Source: Dipteris shenzhenensis
Lineage: Eukaryota
Direction: 5' to 3' (one strand)
Assembly (NCBI GenBank): GCA_047967505.1
Contig: CM106538.1
Length of the DNA stretch: 64,000 nucleotides
Within the stretch, counting starts at the first letter, position 1; each line of letters begins with the position of its first letter. The position numbers and the translations under genes are program-made. Under the pieces are notes generated by a model that ran no database searches, was not told the origin of the DNA, and was given only the letters and a program-made list of their open reading frames with translations. Shown here piece by piece: positions 40,261 through 52,897 of this stretch.

Positions 40261-43054
40261 ACTGCTTTTCTTCATGGGGATCTGCAAAAAGAAGTCTATG
40301 TCACACAACCTCCTGGCTTTGAGGTTGTTAATTCTGAAAATAAGGTATGTCGGCTTAGAAAAGCCCGTTATGGTTTGAAGCAGGCACCCAGGGCATGGTA
40401 TGCCAAAATTCATGCACACTTACTCTCCCTTGGTTTTCAGAATAGTCCCACAGAACCCACTCTTTATGTCCGTGGGAGTGGATCTGATTTTTTAGTGCTG
40501 ATTTTATATGTGGATGATATGCTCATCACGGGCCCAGATACTCAGCAAATAGCTTTCAAGGCTGATTTGCAGCAGATTTTTGACATGTCAGACATGGGAC
40601 GGCTCCATTATTATTTGGGCATTCAGTTTGCTCATGTTGAGGGGGGTATCATAATGTCTCAGTCCAAGTATATTGGACAGCTCCTTGATCGTTTTCAGTT
40701 TGAGGATTGCAAGCCAATCTCTACTCCAGTGGACCCTAGCTTCAAATTCTCAGCTCATGATGGGAGCCCACCATGTGATATCACTCTGGATGCCTTATTT
40801 ATTTATGTCACACCAAACCTGACTTGCAGTATGCAGTATCTCAGCTCAGCAGATTCATGCACATGCCCAGTTCACAGCATTGGCAGGCAGTGAAGAGAGT
40901 CTTCAGATATCTAACACTGTGTGAGCTCCTAGGCATTACTATTAGTTTTTCGCTGTGCGTACCCTCTGTTGGGTCTTTTCTAACATGGTATCAGAGCCCA
41001 ACTAGGAGGCTTAGAGGTGTGGGAGCCTGAAGGCATGGACCTTGCTGAAGGACGACCGTGATTCAGAAGCTCTTGGGAATCGACTTCCACGATTGGAGGA
41101 TTGCGCCCTTGCGAGAAGGAGGGTGACTGAGGTTCAGTCAGGTGCGTTTAAAGTTTGCGGTCGAGGTTATCTGGAGATGTACTTTTGTTGCAAACCTTGC
41201 CAAAAGAAGGACAGGTTGAAACAGACCCTCAAAGCATGGTGCTTGGAAGACTCCAGGTTGTTCACTCATTATGAGGGGGACAATTGGAAGATCATGACGG
41301 CTGGATTGCTCGAGTTCGAAGGCGGGAATTTGACTGAAGCAGGTGGTGCTAGGAGGTGCTACCAGAGATGGACCTGTGTACCAGGATGGTGTGCGGAAGC
41401 GGAACCAGACCTGCTGGAGCAGGAGCCACTGGATGAAAAGCCAGGAAAAGAGTTCGACATCGAAGTGTTCAGAGGACTACGACCAGGGAGAGCTACTGGA
41501 GCATCGTCATCGACGTGTTGGCATTGGGCCGGGATGTGTCGATGAGAGGGGGTGTTGGAATGGTCACCTCCCCATCTGTAAGCCCCCATATGAGGAGAGC
41601 GTGGGGGAGGGAGACCTTGGGCAGGATGTGCCCCAAAAGAAGAGAGGAGGGTACCTGTCTGATGTGCAGGAGCATAAGGCGGAGCAGAGGACAGCAGTAG
41701 GTACCCAAGAGAAGAGTTCGTGAGCTCACGGATGACGTCAGCAACAGTACGGAACAGTACAGAGCTGAGGCGCACACGTGTGGGCAGATCAGGGAGCCAA
41801 GAAATAGCACAGCATAGTGGGGGTCTATGCGCAGGTATACAGCCTGCAGCAGGGTCTCCAGCAGCAGCAAAGGGGAGCCTAGCAGCATCCCAAAAAGGGC
41901 CTGGCTAGGGCCCTTATATAGGGCTGGTTGGGCTGAGCCAACCAGGTCGGTTGGGCCAGCCAACCAAGTCTGTCCAGTCAGCCCATTTAGGGCTGGCTGG
42001 TCGGTCCATTTGAAAGGGCCTTGAGCCCTATAAAAGGAGAGGCCTTGGGCCTCATTTCACATCCAGCATAGCCAGCAGTTCAGAAAGGAGCAGCAGGAAG
42101 CCTACTTTCTGGGCCTATCTACAGGAGGTGAGAGAGTGTAACAAGGGCTGCAGACTTAGCCAGGAAGGGCTGGACCTTGGCTGTCTTCTAGGGCAGCAAG
42201 GTGCTGTGATCATCATCACTTGCAGCAGCAAACAGCCAGCAGATAGGAGCAGCGAAGGAGCTTCCCTTGGGCCTATGTTCAGGAGGTGAAGGGAGCACAA
42301 GGAGCTGCAGACTAAGAGCTGAGAGAGCTGCCCACCTAGGCTAGTGCAAAGACTGCAAGGTGGAAGGGATCTGGACGGATAGTCTACAGAAGCTCGAGGT
42401 GGAGCATGTGGACTCAAGTCTAGAGATAACTGGCTGATAGGAGAAGGACCTTGTGGTAAGATCGGAGGACCACACCATTGGTGGGACTCTGGATCTATAT
42501 CTTTTGTATTGTGTCCATAGTTTTGGATGGAAATATATTTCGGTGGTTTCTCTATCTCGCTGGTTCATTGTCTATTGACGAGTCTGCACATCTAATCTAT
42601 GTGACGCACATTAAGTAAATAAGTTTGTGATTCCACATCCCACACACACACACTATGTGAGCTCCTGGGCATTGCTATAAGTCTTCCGATGTGCGTACCC
42701 TCTATTGGGTCTTTTCTAACACAAAGGTGTTCCATTTTCACCATTGAATTCCTTGGCCTTTCCGATGTGTACATTAAGCTCCTTCATACTATCAGGGATG
42801 CATTTGGAAAGGTCCTAGGGATTCCTAGATTCAGCCTGCCCTTCCAACTATCCAATAGGACTAGTCACTTTAGAGGGAGATGGTGTGCTGAGAGGTCGAG
42901 TTGTTGCCCAAGCTCAGACATACGTGGGGCATGGTAGAGGTCTTTCTAGTTCACCATAAAGGATGGTTCCAGAGTAATACTTCTGAATAAAGATTCGGTG
43001 GTGCACTAGGGCATCACTAGATCACACAAATAGCCACAAAGATCCTCTTTTGAC

Positions 43055-43360
43055 CACCCAAGGATGATGTCTTGGAGATTATCATGGCTAGTACTTACAG
43101 TGTGGCACAGCTAGGTTGTGTGGCGTTGTAGCCTAGTACTGGATGGCTAACAGACCCACCCTATGGACACCTTAGTGAATGTTTGGTGGACATTGATATC
43201 CTACTTTTGTGGCTCAAGGATGATGTCTGGGAGACTATCATGGCTATTATTATAGAGTAGCACACTTGGGTTGTGGTGTTATAGTCTAGTGATGGATGGC
43301 CAGCAAACCCACCTTACAGCCACCTTAGTGAATGTTTGATGGACATTGATATCCTACGCA
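43055..43360. repeat. Tandem duplication, unit about 155 bp, inside degenerate LINE-like DNA
   Basis: CAAGGATGATGTCT.GGAGA.TATCATGGCTA...TGGACATTGATATCCTAC twice. Confidence 0.75.
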
Positions 43361-46164
43361 TGATTTGGGGTCACTATTGTGTCTACCTCAATTTTTCCTT
43401 GTGTTAGTCTCAGCAGTGCCTTGTGTCTGCCTCACATCTACCTCACTTCATGTGTCCATAGCGCTTCGTCGGCACGAACTTATATTTGAAGTATCGAAGT
43501 ACTTTAATAGCTTTTGTAGATTTTTGGAGGACCACCTCCTTACATAAGTGGCCCCAGGTCAATGGTAATACTTCAGCTAACAACAAGTGTCTCAAACCCT
43601 TCCATTTGGTGTTGGACTTTCTGTTGTCATTACCAATTACATGCTCATATATGGTCCATGCTTGGGAACATATGCTAGCACTATTGGATGGATCCTCTTT
43701 GCTCTATGGTCTGGTCTAAGGTAAACCTAAGCAAATATGCTTCCATACACTCATCAAACTTAAGGATCGTTGACAAGTCCTTGATTGTGAAGGGGGCACC
43801 TGAAAAAATCCACATGTACTAGGGATGCCAAGCAACCCCATGTGTGGATGTGTTTTTGAGTAGGTCATGCTACAAAAGAAGTTTTCAGTATTAGAGCATG
43901 GGTAAGGCTGTCGACTAAAAGCTTGCCTAGTAGGGCTTGAATCTACAGCTTTGGATCTATGAATGTCCATCCTTCCCTCTGCCTAAAAAAATAAGTGTTT
44001 TGCCAAGCAACAGAAGTGTCACGGGTGCCATCCGATCCAACCCATAGGAATTTGTGGAGTAGCCATTGAAGCTACCCATGCATCCCCAATGAAAATCACC
44101 AACAAGAGACTATGTATCAGGTGGTAGCTGACAAAACTAGGATCATAACTCTAGCTCTCTGTGTGAGTGAGAGCTTGGTGGAGCTTCAATACATCAGCTT
44201 ATGACCCTAGGGCACCTATTGCTTAGCAGAGATGTCAATCCCCGTTTGACGCCCCTTATGTCATATGAAAGCTGAAGAGAAATCTCCGCATTTTTAGTAG
44301 GACGCCTATTGACTTGTCCCTGTTCATGGTTACCTCTAGGAACCCCCTATCATAGGCCTTTTGAAAGTTTGAAAGGAAGCCCAAAAGTGGCCCGGAAAGC
44401 TGGCGTTCCCAATTAGTGGCCTTCCAAAAGTGAAAAGGTTGTCCAAGATGCTACACTCTTGGAGAAATCCTATCTGCATGTGGTACGGCCTACACAAGCA
44501 CTCCTTGCTGCCGCGGCGATGCTATTCTTGATTGCATACCTTAAGTTGCCCATTTCTTGATTCTAGTCACATCTCGAGCACCACAGGGTCCCATTTACTT
44601 CCTAGAGAGTTTTTGTCCATTTTTGCCTTCCAAAGTCAATACCCATGCTAATGTTCAACCTAATGAGGAGTCTCTAATATTCTTGAGATTTGTTTTCTTC
44701 TATGTTGCCTTGAGTCTCTGGAGAGCCTTTAACCTTTTTGGGATTATCGGTTGCTCCCCTAACTTCTCAATCTGCTTCTTAGGGCCTTCTTGTTATTCTC
44801 CCATAGACCACTGGTCCTTGGCAATAAAAATTATGTCAAAGGTAGGGTAAGCGATTTTAAAACTATATCGAGTGGTAAAACCCAATCCATGAGATGCAAA
44901 GTGAGAGGGCTCAAGAGAAAAGTTTGCACAAGACAAGAATAGAGGGCGGAGTCGTCACCCTAGCTTGTTTATAACCTCTTCTCTCAATGTCAACTCGTTT
45001 CATGTATTCCAAAATCTATTTTAAATTATTACAGATATCAAAGTCTAAGGCCTAAGAGGCCTTTATGGACCCCAATATACTCCATGAAACATAAACATGA
45101 AAGAAGCAATTAAGCTTTTGTGCATCCACACATATGTCAATCACGTTACCTTAGAAGACGCACTAGATAACAATTCTTCAATCTCCAAGAAGCTCAGATA
45201 AAATCACCAAATATAAGATATCCATGAAGCATAATATTTATCCACCACTTATGTCGATGTAGCTCCAAAATGCTCCAAGGAGCACCATCTAAGAAAACTT
45301 GGCACTAATGGCAGCCATAAGCTCCTCTCATGTCATGCGAACCCTAGCACTGATGGTAGCCATAAGGTCCTCTCATTCTTCCTAGTAATTGTGAGTTTTT
45401 TCATTTTCCTTGAAAAGCTCTCCTCTTTAAGTCATGCAAATGCCATTTGGCATGATTGCGATTGGGCTAAGTCTATATCCATGTAATGCTTTGGGGGGTT
45501 CTAAAGGCTAAGAAATCATGGAGGCTTACAACTAATGTATCTCTTAAGCCCAAGTTGTAGTTGGGGTCTCTCTATGTAGACTTAATGTTTCACTGCAACT
45601 AATGTAGGGTATTGATCTCAGTCAAGCTCTCTTTGCCAACCCAGATGTTGCTATAGCTAGTGTTCCCCCTACAACCTTAATACACTTTTATTTGACCATA
45701 ATACTTTTCTAAAGTGTTGTGCAATTCTTGTTTCTTTTCCTTCTGAAAGGTGTTCCAAGTCAGTCTCATAAATCTCTTGTTTTTCTAGTAGTTGACCTGC
45801 TGAAGCTTGAGAGAGATTTTTAAGGCTGAAACTTCTTGTTCCAAGACTGGAGTTCTAGTGATATTTCACAACCCGGGGTTCAAGCCCCTGCCTAAGCCCA
45901 ACAGTGGGTATCCTAACTCAAATTGTCATGTCTTGATGCGATTATGGCTTGAGCTTGTGTTGTGGTTCTTTTGCGGTTTTCTCATTGAACCTTCTTATGT
46001 GGTAGAGGAGTTAAACATGGAGTAGACCACAATTCTAAGACTTCATCAATCTACCACAAGGGTCTTGAGAAACAATTGGATGTCGACATGGACAACATGA
46101 GTAGAAGTAGAAAAAATATCGTCTCCATACTCAATTGTTGCGAAAGGATTTGGAGTTATAGGGA

Positions 46165-46990
46165 GAAGAAAGCAAGAAAAAAAAGAAAAAGAATGAAAGA
46201 AAGCTTATTAATGTCTACGAAAGACCAAAGGGTCTATATATGAGATTGAAAAGAAATACAATGAAAGCTAAGGGGGGGGGGCATTAAAAATGAGCACCCA
46301 TACCCCAAGGCTGGTGTCTGAAACAAGAAGATAAATACATCACTGTGTCATCGCCACGAGAGAGAGAGAATCCAAAATTGTAAAGGGAAATGATGACATG
46401 CCACTGGATGTTGGCCACCAAATCAGCTATCCATTAGGGCAACTAGACCTATGTATGCTATCTGTGGGCCTAAATCCATTGGTCGGTTGAGAATAGACAA
46501 GATAATGTTGTCTGACAATGGACCTGGATCTAGTGAAGGATGCATCGTCAATCAGCATGTCCAAATTGTCCGGGTCCTCCCCTCCTCTTCTATAGCCTCC
46601 TAGAGGAAGCTCGTCATCTGACAAGTGCCATTGTCTCTCCTGTGGTTTGTCTCCCCATGTCAAAGAGTGTAGAGGAGATATCTGCGGTCCTTTTGAATCT
46701 TGATGTCGTGAATCAGGGTGGCTGCGATCTTGCATCTGAAGCCATCTATGATCCAGCAAGCAAGAGCCTGAGCAGGGCTAAGAGGATGTCTTGTACATCT
46801 CTTGGATCATCTAGTCTCCTAAGGAAATCTTGTGCAATGCCTGCAAACGTGGCATTGGTTGTGGTATCCTGAGACATCCATACTTTGCCTGAATAGAGAA
46901 CCATCAGGTGTTCGAAGCTATATGTGGTCATCGAGAATGTTTGGGAAATCAACCAACACACAAACCTTGCTAAGTTCCTAAACTTCAAAA
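46165..46990 (-). mobile_element. 5'-truncated CCHC-LINE family copy
   Basis: A/G-rich tail, then TTATTAATGTCTACGAAAGACCAAAGGGTCTAT..GAGA motif at about 46205-46245; degenerate ORF text upstream. Confidence 0.55.
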
Positions 46991-47636
46991 TTTTGAGGCT
47001 GACCTCTTTCAAGTTTTAGCATGGAAACTTAGCAATTTAATGGCTGAAATGTATCGTCATATATTAAGAAACTCTCATTTGCAAATTTGAAACATCCCGA
47101 AATTGTCCTAGATAAGTCTAGTTTGTATGTTTCCTCTATGTATGATCAAGTTACATGCTGAAATTAGTTTGAGATTGTGAAATTTCATGGACATGTTCAA
47201 ATTCCAATCTTTATGATGAGCATGGTGAGCCTTTCAAGTTTAGTCTTTACTGGAGTCGAGCATGGTCTTCTATGCTTTATGGATGTAGTAATTGCATGAT
47301 TCGTTCACACATGCACGTATGCATATGAAACATGCAGGGTGACGTGTACCCCCCCCCCCCCTCGAACACGCACACACACATACACGTGTACGTATCTGTG
47401 CATGCAAACACACAATAGCTGAGAATTCTATTTTTCCACCTGCACCGTCTAATGTTGGGACTCTCCACCATATTGTTTCGAAAAATAGAGGGCAGACTTT
47501 AAGAGTTTGTTCCCAATGTATTGAACATAAATTGAATTTAGTTCCAATGCATTGGAGGGTATGCATTTTGTAATAAGTAAGCTAATATCATGTCCATCTT
47601 CAATGTTCTAACTAAAAAGTTTATTGGAAATCTCAG

Positions 47637-47762
47637 TGGACAGCAAAAGCAGGTGATATTCCCGCTCATCAATTGGTTGTAGATGCATTATTGGCGACAA
47701 GGCGTGCATTCCAAAACGTGCGGGTACTGCTAAGGCGAATGGGTGATGCAGCAGGAGTGCCT
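47637..47762 (+). CDS. PMK: Phosphomevalonate kinase, internal exon E (WTAKAGD...LLRRMGDAAGVP)
   Basis: ctcAG acceptor and GTATGT donor, 126 bp. Matches plant PMK W......R.LMR.MG.AA.VP, which precedes IEP. The next exon was not found in the window. Confidence 0.9.
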
Positions 47763-48840
47763 GTATGTGAAAATCTGACATTTTTTGTGTTATGCTGGAA
47801 ATTATCATTTTCAAAAATTTGCCGAGCTGTGTGCCCTACATCGGATCATTTTGTGTCTTAATGCTTTCCAGCTCCTATTACATGGGTGTTATTATTGGTT
47901 TCACTAGTAACTTTGGTACATACATCAAGCAGTTATAATACTTAATTATGTAACTCACCAACATCCTGGATATTTCAGCAGTGTCTGATTTCAAACCCTC
48001 TTTCGATTTTTCACCTTCTTATTAAGTAGCGTTTCATAATGAGTTTTGAAGTCAACTCTTCTTTCATTTACGAAACTGGCTGACCTTTGGATCCTTATAA
48101 AACTTAAATAATCAACATATAATGTTTCATCCACTACGTTTGTATCACTCTTCTTTATTTACATGGGTCGGTCTAGTCTTGACATTTGAAATCCAATGTT
48201 TGGACTCCAACATTCCATGCCCTTGGGACATAGCACACATGCCTTGGCTGTGCAAGTCATGAGTTATAAGAGATGAAGCATCATAAGGCTTAAAAGGTCA
48301 AGAAAAGCATACAAAGCTGGAAGCTGAAGGTTTTCAAGGTTCCTACTTGGGCAATTGGTCAGGGAATGTTCCTAATTTTTTTCTGTTTGTATTTGTATTT
48401 GCATAACTTGGGCATTTGCACATGAGAATTTGAATGGGTAAGGGCCATGTGACACATTACACCTATGCATGAAGCTAGATATGATTTTGAACCGTTTGAG
48501 TGACTAAAGGAATTGTTTTATTTCATAATATAACAACTTGAATGTGATGGCGAGTAGTAGTACGTCGACATGGTGCTAGAGTATTATCTTTCAAATGATC
48601 TAAACTATGTCATCCTAAACCTCAATGCCATAAGGGTTGGAAGTCCTGCTCTCATGTAGGTACTCTAAAAATAAGTGGAGTTGCTTTTGCACTCCATGGG
48701 AGCTGCCATGTGCCCTCCCTATGTATTAGATGGTTCTTTTGCTGTCCCATAGATCTGTTGGTCTCCCGTGGACATTAACAGACTTTCTTTCTTTCTTCCT
48801 TTCTGCCCCACTCTCACAGCCCTGCTCAGCCCCATGGGGT

Positions 48841-49511
48841 TGTGAGAAATATGACTCCACAAGAGGCAAAGAGTGGCCACATGGCACAAACCTGGAATTT
48901 GATACAAGGGGACGGCAAAAGATGATGGTAGTCATGCCTGGCTTTATCATGTATGTCATGCCAAGGGAAATCACTAATCTGTGATAAGTAGACATTAGAA
49001 CATCATTATATATTATATGTCAATGGTGTAATATGTATTTGTATTTATGATGGACACCGACTGAATTGTTATGGCGGTGGATCATCTGAGTAGATAGGAC
49101 TAGTCGAGCTGGAGCCACTACTTGAGACGGCATCAAATTTGGGAATGTGACCCTTATTTTATTAATAAAGATGTGCACCCATGTGTCTAGGTCCTAGGGG
49201 CAATAAGGTGCATTGAATGGTAGATGCATGGGTCATAAGATAAGGGTAGGTGTAAAGGGGAAGATGGAACTTGAGTGATTTTAAGGGACATTAATGAAAG
49301 GGTATCACCCTTCATTGTGAATCTCACGCGGCATTCTCTCTATTCACTTTGCATTCATCCGCCATCCCTCACACACCTTGTATGTAGGTCGAAAAGAGAA
49401 ACAAGTACTCTCAGGAGGACGCTTTTTTCCCATTGGAGGGCCAATTGGCATTCAAATTCTGCATACATTCGCATTCTCGAGAAGTCCGGTTCTTCACATT
49501 TGGTATCAGAG
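48841..49511 (+). mobile_element. Isolated LTR (48841-49498) followed by an iMet PBS
   Basis: TGTGAGAA...TTCTTCACA termini, then TT-TGGTATCAGAG at 49501. Confidence 0.55.
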
Positions 49512-49754
49512 GAGTTTTCTCAAGACAGTTCTACTAGGATTCTTTGAGACAAGCATAGTGGCATTGGATTGGTGAAGAATCCCAATATAATGAATCCAAC
49601 TCTAACTGATGGCTGGATAGCCTTTCAGATGGAAGCTTTCATTTGGTGTATATAATGCATTTGCGCGTACTGCCAACATTGCATCCATTGCCACATATTA
49701 GTAAGAGATGTATCTAGACTATGGATTTATGTCTAGGTCAGCCTAAAAGGCTGA

Positions 49755-49981
49755 AAGAAAGTTTATTAAAGTCTTCGGAAGACCGATGGGTTGTATGAGA
49801 CTGTGAAAATCCTGGTACAAACGAGCTATGAGGGTGGAGCTACTAAACGAGCATCCACACCAATGCAAAATGCAAAAAAATGCAAAATGATAGTACGAAG
49901 TACAACATAGTCATGTCAGTGGTCGACTACATGTCAATCTCATCATCGTCATCATCATTAGGACATCAGGGTGGATGAGGC

Positions 49982-50013
<32 letters not shown>

Positions 50014-52080
50014 TGTATTACCGTATTTGGGAGGCCTCACGGGTCTATGAGACACAGCACAATCACAGAGATAACTCAAACAAGCCACTGTGGGCTGAAG
50101 CAGAGGGCTCACTAAGGCCCGTTGCTGAATATTATGCTAAACTAAACTCAAAATACAAGAGTCAAAACTAGTACTCGATCTCCGAGTCAAAATACGTAAC
50201 CTTGGTGGCTCTCCTATGAGCTGCAAAAATGTCTTGTATCTTTGTCTGTTGGGTCGTCTCTCTCTACGGCGGGGGGGCGTGGTCTTCGTGATCTATGTAT
50301 CTGGCAGGCCATGTCGATCGTGACACCTTTGATCAGGCGACCCCTTTCGAATATAGCTATGATGGGCTGAACTCCATTGTGCGTGCTTTGGTCCATCTTT
50401 GCATCGTGTGTAGCTCTTGCATCTATGGGTGCATCTCTCGTCATCATCTCATCCCACTGACCCACTCAGCCCTCATATCATCTATCTAGTTCTCCTCAAC
50501 TCCACTATGTCCAGGGGTAGACTTAAATGTGTAAAAATACATGACATGTTGCTAGGCTCGATCTATCTCAGTCTCGTGTATCACTGTCTCCTCCTGCTCT
50601 CTAATCCGTCACAACAAGGTCTCTCTATGCCATCACATCTCCATTAGATAGAGACCAACACAAACCTGGTCCTGGAAGTGAATTAGTTGAGAGAGACTCG
50701 AGAGTCCCAAACCTGTGCCCCTCCTGAAATAGGCAATGATATCGTCCTTGGATCTCATAGTAGACAGGGCAAGTACACAGGGGGAGGGAGAGAGAGAGAG
50801 AGAGAGAGAGAGAAAAGAAAGAAAGAAAGAAATTTTATTAGAGTCTTCGGAAGACTGATGGGTCTATGAGACTGAAAGAAAACATGATACAAATCACAAT
50901 AAGGGTGGAGCTACTGAAACAAGCATCATCACCCGTGCTGAATCCTACGTCTGATCATACATAATCAAATACATCTGGATGTAAAAATGAGAGATTATTA
51001 AAGTTTTCGAAGACCGATGGGTCTATGAGACTGATAGAAAACTGATACAATAAGCAGAAAGGGTGGAGCTACTAAACGAGCATCATCACCCATGCTGAAT
51101 GCTACGTGCTAAGTAGTACATAATCATCTCATCAGTAATGGCATCATCATCATCATCATCATCATCATCGAGTCAATCACCATCAATCACCATCAAGGCT
51201 GGCTGGCTCCAGTCAATGCAATGCGCCCCCACAAGGGTATATGTGTGTGTCAGGGAGGTACTGATGTGTAGCCACGCTGGCGACTGTCAGTGGGTGCTTC
51301 TTGTCTCGGTCTTTGCTCCCGACCAGGGCTATCGTAACCCCTTTGGGTCGTGCCCCAGGCCTGTGAACATGGATGGGAGGTCGCTCAATGTGATCTGCAT
51401 GCTGGTCCGTTGTCAAGTGCGGCATGCCTCAAGCTCTGGGTCTCTGCTGCGGCTGCTATCAGTGGCCGCGAGGCTCGCGTGATTCTGCTCTAAGAAGGGT
51501 CAGGCCATGTGCTTGAGGATTGTCTCTATGTCCTGAGTAAGTGCTCCTTGTGGCAGACCACCTCATGGACGAAGGTAGCGAGGCATCCTTGGTCTGGGTA
51601 TGAGAGAAGTCCGGATAGTAGCCCAAAACCATCCCTAAAAAGGCAATGGTATCGACTGCGGATCTCGTAGTACACAGGGCATCTGAACGCGAAGTGTTCC
51701 TTTGACTCCACCTCCTGGCAATCACATAATGTGCAAAGGTGTCTCTTCCTAGGTATCCCCTCAGCTGGTCCGCTCTCGATGCGGACTCGGTGTGATGAGT
51801 CTAGAAAACGTTCGATAGAAATCCTTAGTGAGGGTGGCAAGTGGATCCGAGTGTACTTTGGCGGGACAATGAAGCCCTCCTCGGAGATGCGCAGGCAGTG
51901 GTCTCTATAGAAATTGAGCTTCACGAGAGTCTATTAACATCCACGGGAGACCAAGAGGTATGGGACAACATGGAAACCATCTAGTACATTAGCTTAGGAA
52001 GGGCACAGGGCAGCTCCCATGGAGTGCAAAGGCAACTCCATTTTATTTAAATTACCTACTTGATGACCTAGATAAAACAT
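49755..52080 (-). mobile_element. Cluster of at least five stacked CCHC-LINE/SINE 3' ends
   Basis: Conserved terminus at about 49770, 50030, 50840, 51000 and 51940, with (GA)n or (GAAA)n tails at several. 51526-51924 encodes SSHRVRIESG...CTLCDCQEVESKEHFAFRCPVYYEIR. Confidence 0.8.
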
Positions 52081-52865
52081 ACACATATATAGCTGGCCAT
52101 ACAGGAGTTTAAGAATGAGAGTCTTTTGGTTTCGATTTGAACTCTTTAATGAGTGCTGCTCCGTCACGGTATACTACCCATTTCCCATCTTTCCCGGCAG
52201 CCTTGACCTTTGCTAATTCTGTTGCCTTGTTCTTGAGTTAAGCTTGTGTAAGCTCTCAGCTATCCATACTTTGGTACCCTTCAGCTTATAAGATTGTCGT
52301 AGAAGCTTGATCCGCAAATCTTTTGATTTTAATGTAAGGATGGCATGACCTTTAAATTGTCCAATAGAAGCTGGCCTGTAGTCTCATCTTCCTCCTCATC
52401 ATCATCCGTCCATTCAATGTTGGGCAAGGTTGCTTTGACCTTTGCCAATCTTTCACTAAATGTGTCCTCTTTGTACCAGTCTTCTGGGAGTTCCTCCTAT
52501 TCTCAACGTGTTGTCCCGTCTAGCTTCATGTTCTTTAATCTCCGCTTGAATATCAGTCTTACTTGCTTTTGTGTCCACTTCCGCACTCACTTCTTGATTG
52601 TTTGAACTTTGGTATGCACTAAATCCTTGATTGTGGAGACTAACCGGGGGGTAGGGGGAGAAGCGTTACAAGTCTTTACAGCTTGATCTATAAGTGATTG
52701 TTGTCCAAGCCCCTCAAGGACTTGAAGTCTAGCTTTCACCTCTTCCAATAGTATATTCAACTCCCTCACTTCTTGTTGTACGAAATAAATCCGTGCATGT
52801 TGCGTGATAATGGGTCGGTCAAAACCACCTTGGTAATATGTCTGTGCATACAGAGAGAGACAGAC

Positions 52866-52868
<3 letters not shown>

Positions 52869-52897
<29 letters not shown>

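Larger units (their letters stand above)
31342..40911 (+). pseudogene. Ty1/copia gag-pol lacking RNase H, PBS and PPT; interrupted by two insertions
   Basis: gag LDGTNYPLW and CNYCRKLGHDISEC; protease WYFDSGASKH; integrase [52 protein letters not shown]; ends at WQAVKRVFRYL. Confidence 0.92.
30975..42721 (+). mobile_element. Non-autonomous LTR element (LARD/TRIM-like), copy 1, with its 5' LTR interrupted by copia gag-pol
   Basis: TSD CAAAG on both sides; 5' LTR pieces at 30975-31340 and about 40912-40985; PBS TGGTATCAGAGCCC at 40986; about 570-bp internal region; PPT GAGAGGGGG; 3' LTR 41553-42721 TG...CA. Confidence 0.85.

Noticed and set aside
41042-41545. 167-aa ORF in the non-autonomous element's internal region as a real protein
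   Set aside because: Non-ATG start, and the second copy (54288-54806) has a stop and a frameshift; only vague resemblance to copia gag start and pol end.
48655-52060. Long inverted repeats 3.3 kb apart, suggesting a TIR DNA transposon
   Set aside because: The similarity runs inward into LINE-type 3' termini and tails; no TSD or transposase. Better explained as two retroposed copies.
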